Source: Octopus vulgaris
Lineage: Eukaryota
Assembly: GCA_951406725.2 (NCBI GenBank)
Contig: OX597814.1
Span: 96,224,001 to 96,288,000, forward strand
Length of the DNA stretch: 64,000 bases
Direction: 5' to 3'
Below, in pieces: positions 39,185 to 56,187 of this stretch. Every line of letters starts with the position of its first letter. Position 1 is the first letter of the stretch. The notes under the pieces were generated by a model. The model worked only from the letters and a program-made list of their open reading frames with translations. It was not told the origin of the DNA and did no database searches. A program made the translations under genes and the position numbers.

Positions 39185-40442
39185 GTAGAGGGTAACCTAG
39201 TTAAAAAGCTAGAAAAGGCGATTAGAAGTGGCATAGCATCCGACGTTTTGGCGGCGAGGTTGACCCTCAACCAACACTTCAACGCCAAACACGAAGAAGG
39301 GTGTGTTGTCAGAGCTAGGGTGCGTGCTCTAAGGAACGAAGGTGTTGAAGTCGCGCGAGAGGCCCGGGTGGCGGAGGTACAACAGGGCAACAAAGCCACC
39401 ATTCGCTCTCTGGTAGATGAACAGGGGCGCGAATTACTCGAGCCAAGTAAAATGTGTGAGGCCTTTCAACAGCATTTTGCTCGACTGTTCGGGACGAGTG
39501 GCGAGCGAGAACGCAGGGTGTCACGACTCTCGGCGGCGGAAGTGCGGGACACGATGGCAGAATGCTCGAGGGACAAATCGCCGGGATCGGATGGCCTACC
39601 CTACGAACTTTACAGTTGTATACCAGACTTGTTTGGAGACGTCTTGGCAGCAGTGTACTGCAACTGGCAGCAAAACGGGAGCATCCCCGGTTTTGTGAGC
39701 TGAGGAGCCGTAACGCTACTGAAGAAAGATCCAAACAAGGGGGACGTAATAGGTAACTTTAAGCCCATCACTCTGCTCAATGCAGACTTGAAAATTTTGG
39801 CCAAGGTGCTTGCCAAGAGGTTGGCGCTTGTCATGGAGAAACTGGTTGACAAGGCGCTAACGTGCGTCGTGCCGGAACATCCATGACAACCTGGAGGTTG
39901 TCATGTCCATTTGGATTTCTTTCTGGAAAATCTGGAAGTGAGGTGAGTGTGGAGTAAGGGAAAAAGTTTCATCAAGACATAAAGGAGATAGAAAGAAGAT
40001 TACAAGAAGAAATGTAATGTCAAAATGATGGCTGACTATTGTTGCTTCGTCAATGTTCATCAAATGCTTAATGAAAGAGTTCCAAGCATAGTTTTCAAGT
40101 GAAAAATAAAGAATTTTGAGAAGCTAAACCTAAAAAAAAATGGACGGAACCCTTGTATAAATCTATTTATACAAGATTATGATGTGCTACATCGTTGACA
40201 GGGTAGTTAAAGAACCTGGCATGGGTGGGGCGCTGATCATTTTGGAACAATCGAAAGCTTTCGATAGGGTAGACCACCGATACTTGGAGGTTGTTCCCAT
40301 AGCGGCTGGTTTCGGTCTCCTCTTCCGCAGCTGGATAGCTGCATTATACAGAGGACCGGATCTCCAAACGGAGAAGAGCTGGGACGACATAACGAGTAAG
40401 GTGGTTACTCCCGCCCGGCAATGGGCCGAGAGAAAGCTGTAA
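39185..40442 (+). mobile_element. Tx1-like LINE ORF2 fragment with deletions and a foreign insert
   Basis: KSPGSDGLPYELY, FKPITLLNADLKILAKVLAKRL and QSKAFDRVDH; colinear with 43090-44470; interrupted at about 39892-40178. Confidence 0.85.
39902..40168 (+). repeat. Local duplicate of 38116-38377 (transposase tail)
   Basis: About 90% identical by eye, sharing ttctggaaaatctggaagtgaggtgagtg and ggacggaacccttgtataaatctattt. Confidence 0.9.
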
Positions 40443-43400
40443 CCACCACTATCAGTTCTGTCACAAAAACTGCTACTACCAACAATAATGTCACAGACAA
40501 ACTAAATAATTTTGCTTCTGTTTTAAAGCAAAAGAATATTTAATGTTCTCAACTGAAGAATTTCCACAATGTAAACAATTATTATACAAAGAAGACAAAA
40601 CCATTAAACTGAACACATCACAAAGCATATTGCAAGACATCTCCCCCCAAAAAGACAAACTATTATTTACAAAACCCCGAACAAAAAAAAAAAGATTAGA
40701 ACAGGTCACTCAAGAAACAGTTGAGAAATGTCTACAGCCCATATGGGTTTTTAAAACATATATTGCAAGAGGCAAAAGATTTGCTATGATCGAGGTAAGA
40801 TTTGATACGGAAGAACGCGCAAAGGAACACTCGACAAAAGCCTAGAATGCGGGGAATTTATAATGATTCCTTCTTACCACGGTCGTCGGGTGACAAAGGT
40901 AAAAATTAAAGATGTGCCCCCTGAAATAGAAATAAGATGGCTGGTGTCAGCCATCTGTTATGATTTTGTAGATCAAACCAACATCTTAGAAATTGCAGCC
41001 CTGGAACAACAAAATTGGATTGGACAGGGATTTGATTTGTTGACTCAGGCAAATCAGGAGACAATCGAAAATCTCTCAGATTTGATTCAACTTCCAGATA
41101 GCCCAACCACACACGTAGCCGTTGAAGGCAGAAGGCCACGCTGCTACGTTTGTGGTAGCATATATCAACTCAAAAAAGACTACCAATTAGCAAAAGAAGA
41201 AGAAGAAGAAGAAGAAGAAGAAGAAGAAGAAGAAGAAGAAGAAGAAGAAGAAGAAGAAGAAGAAGAAGAAGAAGAAGAAGAAGAAGAAGAAGAGCAGGAA
41301 CAACAGCAAAATCAAAAACCGAAAGGCAAATCAGCACTGCTACCCATACCACTAGCAACACAACTGATAAAGCAAATGAAAGAGCTCTCCCAACCAAGAA
41401 GCCAGCCCAGCCAAACACCACTATTATCAGCGCCAACAAGTACAGAGACAACATCATCATCACCAACAACAACAACTACAGAAGCATCCAGCCTAGAGGG
41501 AAAAAAGGAAAAAACTAAATCCCCATCCCCAACAACCCATACATCACATCCCAATAACCATCAACCAACACCAACAACAGCAATAACAACAACAACACAC
41601 TCACAAATCGATCCCAATACTTTCCCTCTCTTTTCTGATTCCTCCGACATGTCGTTTGAAGAAGGTGGTACAGAAGAATGGCAAATAGTCACAGGTGGGG
41701 GAGAAGAAAAAGGGGAGAGAAAAGAAGAGACACGCAATCCAACAAAGTAGGGAGGTTCACCACTCCCGAGAACAAAACTTCCGCACAAAATAAAAACATC
41801 ACCTACGAACATACAAACAAGGAATGGCCCCCACAATGTTGACAGCAATAAACGCAAACAATTCAGACCTAATGCAATACATTAGGTCAAACACCAACAT
41901 AACACAAGACAATGTCAAAACAAATAATCACCTACGCACAACACCACCACAACACATAAAAAATCCTACACGTGACACAAAACACACACAACACACTGAA
42001 ATCTCTCTATCCTGATGCAGTAAGGAGATTTCAAAAGTACTTATCAAAAACTAAAGTACAAAAACCTCCTGAGAGAAGATTGTGAGGAGGAGAACAACCA
42101 ACTTTCGAACAGTAAGTGACTCTCTCTCTTTCTCTCTCTCTCATTCTTTTCCTTTTCCTTTCGTGTGTAAAGTACAAATTTCGATAGGAACATGCTTAGA
42201 ATAGGTTGTATAAATGTGTGTGGCTTGGGATCGCCTTGGAAATAAGGCTACCTGTTAAATGACATCAAGTCACAGAATGTGCATATTATAGCCATCAGCG
42301 AGGCCAGACTCCATAACCCACGGGCTCTCCAGCACATGTTCAGCGGACAATTTGACATTTATTTTTCTCCGTGTCTACTGAGAATGGGTGGAGGTGGTAC
42401 TGCGGTGCTTTTTCGGAAGAGTCTGGACCTCAAAGTAAGAGCAATATTCCTAGACCCAGAGGGTAGGCTGGTCGTCTCGGATGTCGATGGCAGTAATGAG
42501 TGTGCTCTTCGACTGATAACAGTTTATGTACTGTCCTTAACAGGTCGATTTCTATCGACGTCTAGAAGTTTTCCTGGGAACGTCTCGACCTTTCCTTTTA
42601 GTGGGAACACTGCCTTGGACACGCACCTAGACGACGTGGGTAGAGATAGGAATAGGAGGGGATATAAATGCCTCAAAGACTTGCTAAGACGTTTCCAACT
42701 GTCTGACAGGTACCAACTGGACCATCCGAATGTACCAATGTGAACATGGAGTAACCGCATCGGGTCGTCCAGATCGTATTTAGATAGAGTATTCTGAAGG
42801 ACAGTGGATAGGGATAGTGTAGGTTGTCCATAATTTCATATAATCAGCTACACAGATCACAAATTTGTGACTTGTACGCTTGACTTAGATAAGAATCATA
42901 GGCAAGGTCCCGGTTAATGGAAACTGAACGCGTCGTTCACGGCGCGACTGGCTTACAAAGACCGGATTAGCACATTAGTTAAGAGGGCATTGACGGGAAC
43001 CATCGTCAACAACAGATGGTGGTATGCCCTAAAGAAAGCAATTAAAGCAGAATCGGTTAGGCATAGTAAGGCTCTATCGATAGACCGAAACAGAATAGAG
43101 GGAGACCTAGTTAAAAAATTAGAAGAGGCACTTGGAAGTGACATCGCGTCCAACGTGCTGATAGGGAGGTTGGCCCTCGAGCAACATTTCAACGCCAAAA
43201 ACGAAGGATGCGTTGTCAGCTAGGATACGTGCTCTGAGAAATGAAGGATTAGGCCGAGAGGCCTAAGTGGTGAAGGCGCAACGAGGCAACAAAATCACAA
43301 TGACAGATGAACAGGGGCGCGCATTACTCGAGCCCGAAGAATGTGTGAGGCCTTTCAACAGCACTTTGTCCGACTGTTCGGAACAACTGGTGGGTCAGAA

Positions 43401-44810
43401 CGCAGAGTGGACTTTAGTGCCTACCTGTATGGCCTGTCACAACTTTCGGCAAGAGAGGCGGAGTGCTGTGAAAGACCTATCACAGCCGCAGAGTACAGGG
43501 TGTGATAGTTGGCTGTGCAGGAGACATGTCGCCAGGCTTCGATGGTCTTCCCCACGAGCTTTATTGTCATATGCCAGACTTGTTTAGAGGCGTCTTGGCA
43601 GCAGTCTACTGCAACTAGCAGCAAAACGGGAGTATCCCCAGTTTTGTGAGCCGAGGAGCGGTGGAACTGCTAAAGAAAGATCTAAACAAGGGGAACGTTA
43701 TAGATAACTTCAGACCCATCACTCTGCTCAACGCAAATTTGAAGATTTTGGCCAAGGTGCTAGCCGAAAGGTTGGCGCTTGTCATCGAGAAACTGGTCGA
43801 CAAGCTGCAAACATGCACCGTGCTGGACAGGAGTATCCATGACCACCTCCATCTGATGCGCTACATCATAGACAGGGAAGTTATGGAACCTGGCATGAGT
43901 AGGGTGCTGATCAATTTGGATTAGAGCGGCTGGTTTCGGTCCCGTCTTCCGCGGTTGGATCGCTGCCTTGTATAGCGGCATCCGCTCGGTAGTTCGCATA
44001 AATGGTCATCCATCAAAACCATTTAACATCACGTGTTCGGTCCATCAAAGATGCCCCCACGCGTCGTTTCTCTACGTATTGACTCTGGAGCAACTACTGC
44101 GGAAGCTGGCGACGCTGAGGGGCATTACACGAGAACTGGGATGCGAGAGGAGCATGTCTGCATACGCGGACGACGTCTCTGTCATAGTGCCGAGCCACAG
44201 GCATATCGACCTGGTGGGCGGGACACTAAAAGAATAAGAAGCGGTAACCGGAGCAAAAATTAACCCGGAAAAGTCAGTGGTCTTGCGACTCGGCACCTGG
44301 AAAAGGAAGCCCATGCTCCCCAACAGCATCTCCATCGTGGGACACTGGACTGATGAACCAGTTAAATTGCCGAGCGTCTGATTCGGACCAGATCTTCAAA
44401 AAGAGAAGAACTGGGACGAGATAACGAATAGGGTGGCCAATCTCACCCAACAATAGGCCAAGAGGAAGCTATCTCTAAAATGTTGGGCGGAGGTAGCGAA
44501 CGCGTTCATCGCATTCGTCATCTATTACCGTCCGACCCTACCATGACCAAACTGGAACGCACACTCTTCCGCTTTTTGTGGTTAGGCGATCCATTTGCTG
44601 TCAACACCCGCTAAATGGAGGGCTGGGCATGCCGTGGTTAATGATGTGCAAACATGCGTTGAGACTGCGACATCTCCGGCGCTTCATACACGACGTTGAA
44701 CAGGTGTGATCGCCGTTTGTGAGACGCGCTTTCCCGCAACTCGTCTCTTTGGCCGAACTGCAGTCATGGATCAAACAGAGACCGAGGTTAGGCGAATGGC
44801 ACGAGGAAGC
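40443..44810 (+). mobile_element. Near-complete decayed Tx1-like (L1-group) LINE: ORF1 about 40490-41750, ORF2 from 42192
   Basis: ORF1 has a VEGRRPRCYVCGS knuckle, a (GAA)n expansion and an S/T/P-rich tail. ORF2 has MLRIGCINVCGL and IIAISEAR endonuclease motifs, then NFRPITLLNANLKILAK and AYADD RT motifs, with multiple stops. Confidence 0.87.
41194..41293. repeat. (GAA)n tract inside Tx1-like ORF1
   Basis: Direct reading; in frame as poly-Glu. Confidence 0.97.
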
Positions 44811-44838
44811 GATACTACTGTATTGCACTATTTAATAA

Positions 44839-44884
<46 letters not shown>

Positions 44885-44887
<3 letters not shown>

Positions 44888-45496
44888 TGCTGCCCACTGT
44901 GGTCTCCTCACACAAGACAAAACATCTCCAGAATTGAGTCACCCCAGAAGGCTCTCACTAAACAAATTGAAGGCATGGCTGCTCTCGATTATTGGGATCG
45001 CCTTAAAGCCTTGAAACTTTACTCCCTCCAGCGTCGCCGTGAGTGGTACATCATTTGTACGATGTGGAAAATATACCGCCAACTTTGCCCAAACGACCTA
45101 AACATTAGCTTCAAGGTTCATCCAAGACTTGGACCACGGGCTATACGTCCCCTGCCAAATTCAAGATCACAACATACATGTACACTGCAACATAATTTCT
45201 TTTCCTCAACAGGCCCTGCCCTATTTAACATTGTCCCGAGGGAGATCAAAGAGGAAAAGGATCCCATCAACTTTAAACAGAGTCTGGATAGATTCCTTCA
45301 AAGAATACCAGATAAGCCACCCATAATTGGATACAACTCACCCAACAAGAACTCACTACTTGAACAAAACTTGACTTAAACAAAACTTGACTTAAACAGG
45401 ATTCGAATAATCCTATCAGGTGGTGCTATTAAGTTAGACATGGCCTGGACCAATCTTTGGTCGAAACATATCTAAGTTTATCTAAGTCTAAGTTTA
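44885..45496 (+). mobile_element. 5'-truncated CR1-group LINE 3' fragment (second family)
   Basis: YCCPLWSPH...DYWDRLKALKLYSLQRRRE...GPALFNIVP...LDRFLQRIPDKP; tctaag repeat tail; begins at a (TA)n tract. Confidence 0.85.
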
Positions 45497-45601
45497 TATA
45501 GGGGAGAATTCACAAAAAAAACAAAACAAAACAAAAGAGGAAGACAAGTGGTGTAGACAACGAACAGATGTATTAGTTTAACGCTCGGGAAATGAAAAAG
45601 T

Positions 45602-45637
45602 CTTTAACGTTTCGAGCCTACGCTCTTCCACAGAAAG
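45602..45637 (-). ncRNA. Minimal hammerhead-like motif with a variant core, in a short Penelope-like stub (45500-45685)
   Basis: Minus strand: cttt CTGTGGA a gagc gtag gctc GAAA cg TT aaag; A6U deviation from CUGANGA. Confidence 0.55.
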
Positions 45638-45682
45638 GAACACAGAAGGAAACAAGGAGAGAAAATAAAGAATGTGTAGTGG

Positions 45683-45753
<71 letters not shown>

Positions 45754-45805
45754 TAAAAACGGTAAGATAACGAAAGAAAGAAATATTATGTAAATAGAGG
45801 AAATT

Positions 45806-45891
45806 TATCTGTAAATTAATATGTGATCATTATTAATAGCCAAGGTTTTATCTTGGCTATTGAATAATGGTCACATATTAATTTACAGATA
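45806..45891. repeat. Fold-back inverted repeat (about 39-bp arms, 7-nt loop)
   Basis: tatctgtaaattaatatgtgatcattattaatagccaag / cttggctattgaataatggtcacatattaatttacagata. Confidence 0.9.
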
Positions 45892-47017
45892 TATATGTAG
45901 CTGTATGATATTAGCTTCATTCTATAAATCACCGATTTTCCTTACTACTGTTAAACAGTTTTATCATCATACATATTATTGGCTCCCCCCCTACTTTTAT
46001 TAAGCCAGATATGATTGCATCGTTTCCTAGAGATCTGCAGCTTTACTTTTTTCTTTTATGCTTTTACTGTTCCCTCAAGTATAAGCGGTAGTTCCTTTTG
46101 GTTGATTGATATTTGATTCACCATTTGATAGTCTTTTGTCGAATTATATTGCTCCCGATAAAAGCATATCTTTAATGTCTCAGTTCTATCTTGTGATAAA
46201 TCTACATTTCATTTTTTCACTTCGAATATTCTATTTTGTTCTTTCTTTTTGTTTTTATTTTGGGCTTTTCATACTCACCACAATCTTTACTACCATCTTT
46301 TTGTTTCTCCATTTCTGTTTCCTTAGATTTCTATTGTCTTTATGATTCTGAGATTTCTACCTTTTCTTAAACAAACTTTAGTTCTTTATTTTTCAGCTCA
46401 TTTCTTCTGCCTTCATGTTTGCCCTTTTATCCAGTTCTTTTGCCCAATTTTCTATTTGTTGTCATAGGCACCAACTCCTCTGCTGTTGTCATTCCAGTGT
46501 TTGTTATGTTTTCTCTTTCTTAACATGACATTTCTAAATCCATTTTTGCCTCTCTCTCTCTTTCTCCCTCTCTCCAACCCCTCTCTTTCATTCTCTTCTA
46601 GCAGATCTTTTTATCTTGCAGTTTTCACATATTTATTCTATTTTCTTTTTGTTATTTATCATCTTTATAGTCTTGCTAATTTTCCGTTCATAGTAATTTT
46701 TGCCTCAACCATTTTATAGATACTTCCTATACCAATTCTTTTGAGAAGGCTACATTCCTAAATAATGACTTTGACTAGTAAAGATAAAATCTAATTTCTC
46801 ATTTAACTATTTGGACTTCCCTATATCCCAAAACCAATCCACTTTTCTTAAACCAAATGTTTCCGATCACTAGATTTTGTTTAATAGCAAAATCTACCAA
46901 CGGTTACCCCGTATCAATTTTCTTCCTACAGCCAAATGTACCAATTGTGTTCTCTTCCCATGTTTTTGTTTCTCCACTTCAGCGGTACTACATACTTAGA
47001 TTTATTATCGTCTATTG

Positions 47018-47341
47018 CAGGGGTTTTCAACAATTTTTTTTATCTATGGACCCTTTTGGATTACTATTTTATTCTGGTTGACCCCCTTAGCCGTTCGATG
47101 TTTTAAACCTAATTTTATAGATATTTCTTTCAAAATTTCTATTTTGTTTTTCACACGTTAACGTGTTTAAGTTGAACTATGTAAAATGTTAATAAAAATC
47201 TCGTAGCTGTTTCTAGCAATAAATACATCTAAAGCAAAATTTTTTCACGGGCCTTTAAAATACTACTGTGGATCCTTAATTTATTATTTTGTTGCATGGA
47301 CTCCCAAAAATCTTATATGGACTCCTGGTTGAGAACCACCG
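47018..47341. mobile_element. hAT-like MITE
   Basis: caggggttttcaac...gttgagaaccaccg ends; imperfect 8-bp TSD gtctattg/gtttatta. Confidence 0.65.
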
Positions 47342-47562
47342 GTTTATTACTTTCTTTACCTCTTCGTACCTTTTTATGTCTCCATCTTCTTAGTCTATTG
47401 TAGTTGCATTCACCTGTATACCTGTCCTGATCTCGCCACTCCGAAGATGCAACTGTATATTGACGACTCTATTCAAATATGATCTGTACATAATTCCCCC
47501 CCACATCACAATAAGAATCTTATTTTCTGAACTTGTCTCTGTTTTCTGTTTTTCCAACATTA

Positions 47563-48074
47563 CGGTAAATCCTCGAGTATAACCCGCATTTTTTCCCCAA
47601 AATTTAATGGTCTAAATCCCTAGTGCGTACTATATACGAGGTTAAAAATGAAGAATATTTTCTAAGCAATATCCGAGTCTCTATTTGCTGTCCGGCAATG
47701 TTTATTCATACGCATTTTGTGATGTCGGGTGCGAAAATACCTTAAGCTAAGCCTGAAAGCAATGAAGTCATAAAAGAATTATCCATAACTTGCAGTAAGC
47801 AACATTTATTAAACGTTATTACTGTTATTTCTTTATTTTCTGCAAGCAAATTGCACAAAAAAGCTACACGTTTGCATTATGTTATATGTACAATAATAAT
47901 AAAGGACGTTACCGTATACATTTTTACAAACCAAGGACGTTATATAGACCTCCTTGACTCATGTTAGAGAAGGAGTGCGTATTATACACAAGGTTTAGAT
48001 TTTTCAGAGGTACAGCCCCCTAAAAGTCCCCTGCATATTATACTCAAGAGCGGACTATACTCGAGGATTTACCG
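47563..48074. mobile_element. pogo/Tigger-like MITE
   Basis: 25-bp TIR cggtaaatcctcgagtataacccgc / gcggactatactcgaggatttaccg; TA on the left side. Confidence 0.8.
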
Positions 48075-48946
48075 TTTATAACCAGGAAGGACGCTCACAT
48101 TTAATTTTGTCATATCTTCACCCACTCTCTTAGTTTCTGAATGTTCATTGAGTTCCCAGTTTAGCAAACGTAATTTTTCTAGCATTTAATCGAAGTCTAT
48201 TTCTTTCATTAAAGATGTCGTGTGTAGTAACGCGTTACTGATATTCCCGGGCTTCCTTCGGATTTGGCTGTGTAGTTTCATCTCTAGGTCGCGTCTATGC
48301 TTACTTGACATGTCCAGTTACGCCCATTGGCTTCACAGCCTTTTCTATTATCTTTTCCTTAACCTTTTTACTCTATGGATTTTTGGCAATGGATTGCAGT
48401 TGCCCCAGGTGTAGCAGTCGGCCTTTCGGCTTTCAACTCGCTGCTTCATACACAGTCTCTGAGGACTACCTCTCTTTACCAGGGTTGGCTTCATATGTTC
48501 TCTTGGGGTTTCATGAAGTAAATCTGTTCCATTCTATATATCATTTAATGGTACAAAAATGTAGAGTTGGTTAGAGATTAGATACTTCAGAGTTTAATAT
48601 GAACCTTTTTTCAGTGAGGGAGTCAAGTGTTTCTCGCTAAATGATGATCGCTAGAATTGCGGTAATCTATTTTTAGAGAAGTTATATCGCTTTTATAACC
48701 ATATTCCATAATCGATTTGTCTTCTCTATCTGACGCTTGCTTTATTCTATTGGAATGAGTTGCGTGGTTAGACATAATTTAATCCTTAACTGATAGGTAT
48801 CTATCGGAAAAGAGAAATCCATTACGATGTGAAAACTCATTCTTAATACGTTCCAGCAGACTAGAACGTGAACATGGCTTTTCACTGTTGGATTTCATCT
48901 CGGAGACAATGTAAGTAGAACAATCAGTTCAAGTGACGTCAGTAGT

Positions 48947-48994
48947 CTATCAGACACCAGTGTTTCGGTATAGTTATTGCCTCCTCAGTGATGG
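48947..48994 (-). ncRNA. Type I hammerhead ribozyme motif
   Basis: Minus strand: ccatca CTGAGGA ggcaataactatacc GAAA cactggtg TC tgatag. Intact core, GUC site, stem III acac/gtgt, stem I atca/tgat. Confidence 0.78.
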
Positions 48995-49489
48995 GTGCCA
49001 CTCGGTTCTGTGGAACTAGACGGAAACAATTGCTTCTATTTAAAGGAATCAGCAAACATACCATTTGCTAATACCTACAAAGGCCTGTAATGCTGATATT
49101 AAATTATTATGAGTACGCAAAATAGTGAGGAACGAAACTGGTGTTTGTATCCATTCTTTATACAACCTGGCAAACTTGAACATGAAGAATAGAGCAATAA
49201 ATATTGTTACCACTTTCTGGTGATATAATAAGAGAACAAGGATGAGAACTCACCTTGAACAGTCGATTCATTATAAAGACTGAACTAGACTCGATTATAG
49301 TTGCAAATCACAAATTGTAGTTTCAAATCAGAAAAACACATCAGCAAATATTTTCTATTCGCATTCTTGTTTTTCCTAGTGTTCTTTGTTTAAATTCCAC
49401 CATTTAGAATTTAGATACTGTCCGTACTTTATTTCTATGTTTTTGGACTCGATCTTAAACATTAGCAGCCAATAAAATGTATAGTATAT

Positions 49490-49807
49490 CAGCAGTTCCC
49501 AATTTTTTTGCACAACGGACCAATTTCATGCAAGACAATTCTTCCGTGGACCGGGTGATCATGTGCATTAGAAATTTATCGTGCACGAAAAGAAAAACAA
49601 AAACAAAACAAAGAAACAAAAAATGTGACTTTGATAAGTGCAGGAAAGAGGCACAGACGGATGTGGTAATTTTTAAAAATAAAACACCACTACGCGAAAA
49701 TCAATAAAATAAAAATAAATTTTAAAATTTTATCCTTTCTATGTGGCCCAGTACCAAATGATTCATGGTGTGGTACTGGTCCGCGATTTAGGGGTTGAGG
49801 ATTCCTG
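49490..49807. mobile_element. hAT (Charlie/MER1-like) MITE
   Basis: cagcagttcccaa...ttgaggattcctg ends with a perfect 8-bp TSD tagtatat (49482-89, 49808-15). Confidence 0.82.
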
Positions 49808-50476
49808 TAGTATATCCACGACAATATATATTATAACCACCTCCATATCTGTTAAATTATATTCATTTAAAAGTGTATTTGCTTGGTTGATAGGTGGGTT
49901 AAAGACTGTGAGACAAACATTCAAATTTAAAAATATTAAAGTATTGAAAAAGAAATTGTCAGAAAATGCTGAAACACCATTATGAAGAGCCACTTCTATA
50001 ATTACGATATTAAAAATACTCCAATTCAGAGTAAATATTCCATATGATAATTAAAGCTGTTTATATGATTTAGCAACACCGATAGGAGCTGTCATTGGAA
50101 TTCCTTCGGATTCCACTGCAGAACTTCATTAGCAGACACAAAACTGTGATCAAGCATTTATTTTTTTTTATTCTTGAAGAATGTAAGTTGGTGTGCTAAA
50201 AATAAATCTTAAATTAGAAAAGTAATTGCTTTATAATTTATTTGTTTGTAAAATTGATGCAAATAATTTAAACGCTCAGATTCATAAAAAGACCCCATAA
50301 TTACGACAAAAATAAAATTTTTACAGGAGACATTTTAAACAAAAGAGCAAAATGTTTGAATGATTTCAATTGTATCAAATAATGTCCATTCAATTCATTG
50401 ATATTTTTCGAAGAAAAGCAAATTATCCCAAAAAATTAAAATTGAAGAAGTTTTTAAAGTTTTATAATCCGAATAT

Positions 50477-50967
50477 TACACTGTGTAACGAAATTTTATT
50501 TATTTTATTGTTTTTGGTCAGTAAGTGTTATTTTCTGTTTGCTTCTACCTAGATATCAAAGGAAATGGCTACTATTCTCTTCAAACTTTGCTTTTGTTAC
50601 CTGGACATCAATGTTTTGAAACTGACCTATTTTCTATTACATTTCAGACAGATTCAGCGCTGAGCTCTGCTGAAACAGAAATGTCGTTATAGCAAATATT
50701 CTGCTCAATACCACATATTTGTTTGTCAGTTGCTTGATGTTAACCACTTGAGCATGCCCCTTAGTGGCTGACAATATGTGCACCTCTAATTATGAGCAGG
50801 AGTGGCGCGGGGAGCAACATAATCAGGTGATGAGAAAGGTTCTTCAGGCTTTGAACAAATGTAACAAAAGCAAAGTTTGAAGGAAATATTAGCCCTTTTT
50901 CATGCTTTCCAGGGTTAAGCAAATGAGAAATAAAAGTTGCTACCCAAGGACAAAAAATGTGTTACAC
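50477..50967. mobile_element. Second copy of the CACTG-ended non-autonomous element
   Basis: tacactgtgtaac...aaaaatgtgttacac; inverted relative to 19535-20008. Confidence 0.62.
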
Positions 50968-54809
<3,842 letters not shown>

Positions 54810-55328
54810 TCGGGTGTATATTTGTCTGGCAAATGATTTAATCTGGGATTGTGTGTTGAAACCAAAACGATTACAACGTGGAAGATACATATTAGACATA
54901 AAAAACCCCACAAAAACACCGTTAAATTCACTTACACATTATTTGATATCAATATTTTCGTTGCACCAACTGCAACCTGTTCGCTGTGGTAATTCCACTG
55001 TAACTAGTTTGAAGCGAAGCTGTTAATATATATATAATAAGGCTTCAGTGCGATAAATATATATTTTTTAATCTATAGAAGTCAGTCGTTCTGGTTGTCA
55101 TTGCACGGTGTTCATGGTTGCTTGACATTTAGTTGTAACTCATACACGCTCTCTTCCTTCGTTCTCTTAGTGGGGCCCCCCTTCGGCTTTGTGTGTCTAA
55201 ATACAGCAAATCAGGAATTAGTCACTTCAAAAAAGAAAATCTATCCGTGCATGACCACAGGACAGACCGTAAAGAGAAGGGTTGATGTAAATTATATAAG
55301 GGTGTGGGCGTAGAAACTGTATCAGCAA

Positions 55329-55367
<39 letters not shown>

Positions 55368-55780
55368 CTGTAGTCGCAGTTGATGCGGCGAAAGTTTTGA
55401 CACCAAATAATTATTGTTTAAGTGAAATTAAGTCAATTTGTGGTTTTGAATGGCATATATGTGTCTTCTGACCTCACATTGTATCATCTAGTAGCGCCCC
55501 CAATGCTTTTGTGAACCATTTGGTGGTTAATAACAGTGGGGTTCCTCGATTATCCTTACAGGCCTTCCTGTATCAGGAGGGCCATATCTTTATCATCCTC
55601 CCTGCCACTTTTTTTAAACCTTTGTATGCTATGCATATGTCCTTTCATTTTCAGTGTATACTGTGTATACTTTGCTGTTTTTAAAAAATCATTTCATTAC
55701 ATGTAAACCACCTACACTTTATGTCTGTCTTTGTATTGTCCACTCTCATCCTTCGCCCTTTATTGTTGTTGTTGTTGTTG

Positions 55781-55853
<73 letters not shown>

Positions 55854-56187
55854 CTCTAAACTCACTGTATACATTGGTATGCCATTAAAATAAACACGCT
55901 AGGTTGTTCATTTACAAAGTCATGTGGTAGAAAAAAGGGGAAGAAAGACAGAAGGGAAGAAGAAAAAAATTGGGGGAAAATTGAAAACAAAAAGAAAACA
56001 AAAAGAAAATAAAGGGGAAAAAAAGAAAGAAAATTTATAGCGACAATGCTCTTCTCAATGCGTCAGCTGGTGCACCTCCGTGTGCCTGAAATGTGTGCAG
56101 CATTGTGTGCTCTGGTTTGTTCTTTTGGTGTTGGGAGAATATAAGCTCTTCCCGGTATTGTATTGCATCAGTTTGTTTTGTTATGCT

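Noticed and set aside
40863-41750. 295-aa acidic ORF as a host protein
   Set aside because: It is Tx1-like ORF1 with a (GAA)n expansion, directly upstream of the endonuclease/RT ORF2.
46000-47560. Very old minus-strand LINE endonuclease-like sequence
   Set aside because: Only weak hints (LVDFAIKQNLVI); too decayed to delimit or classify.
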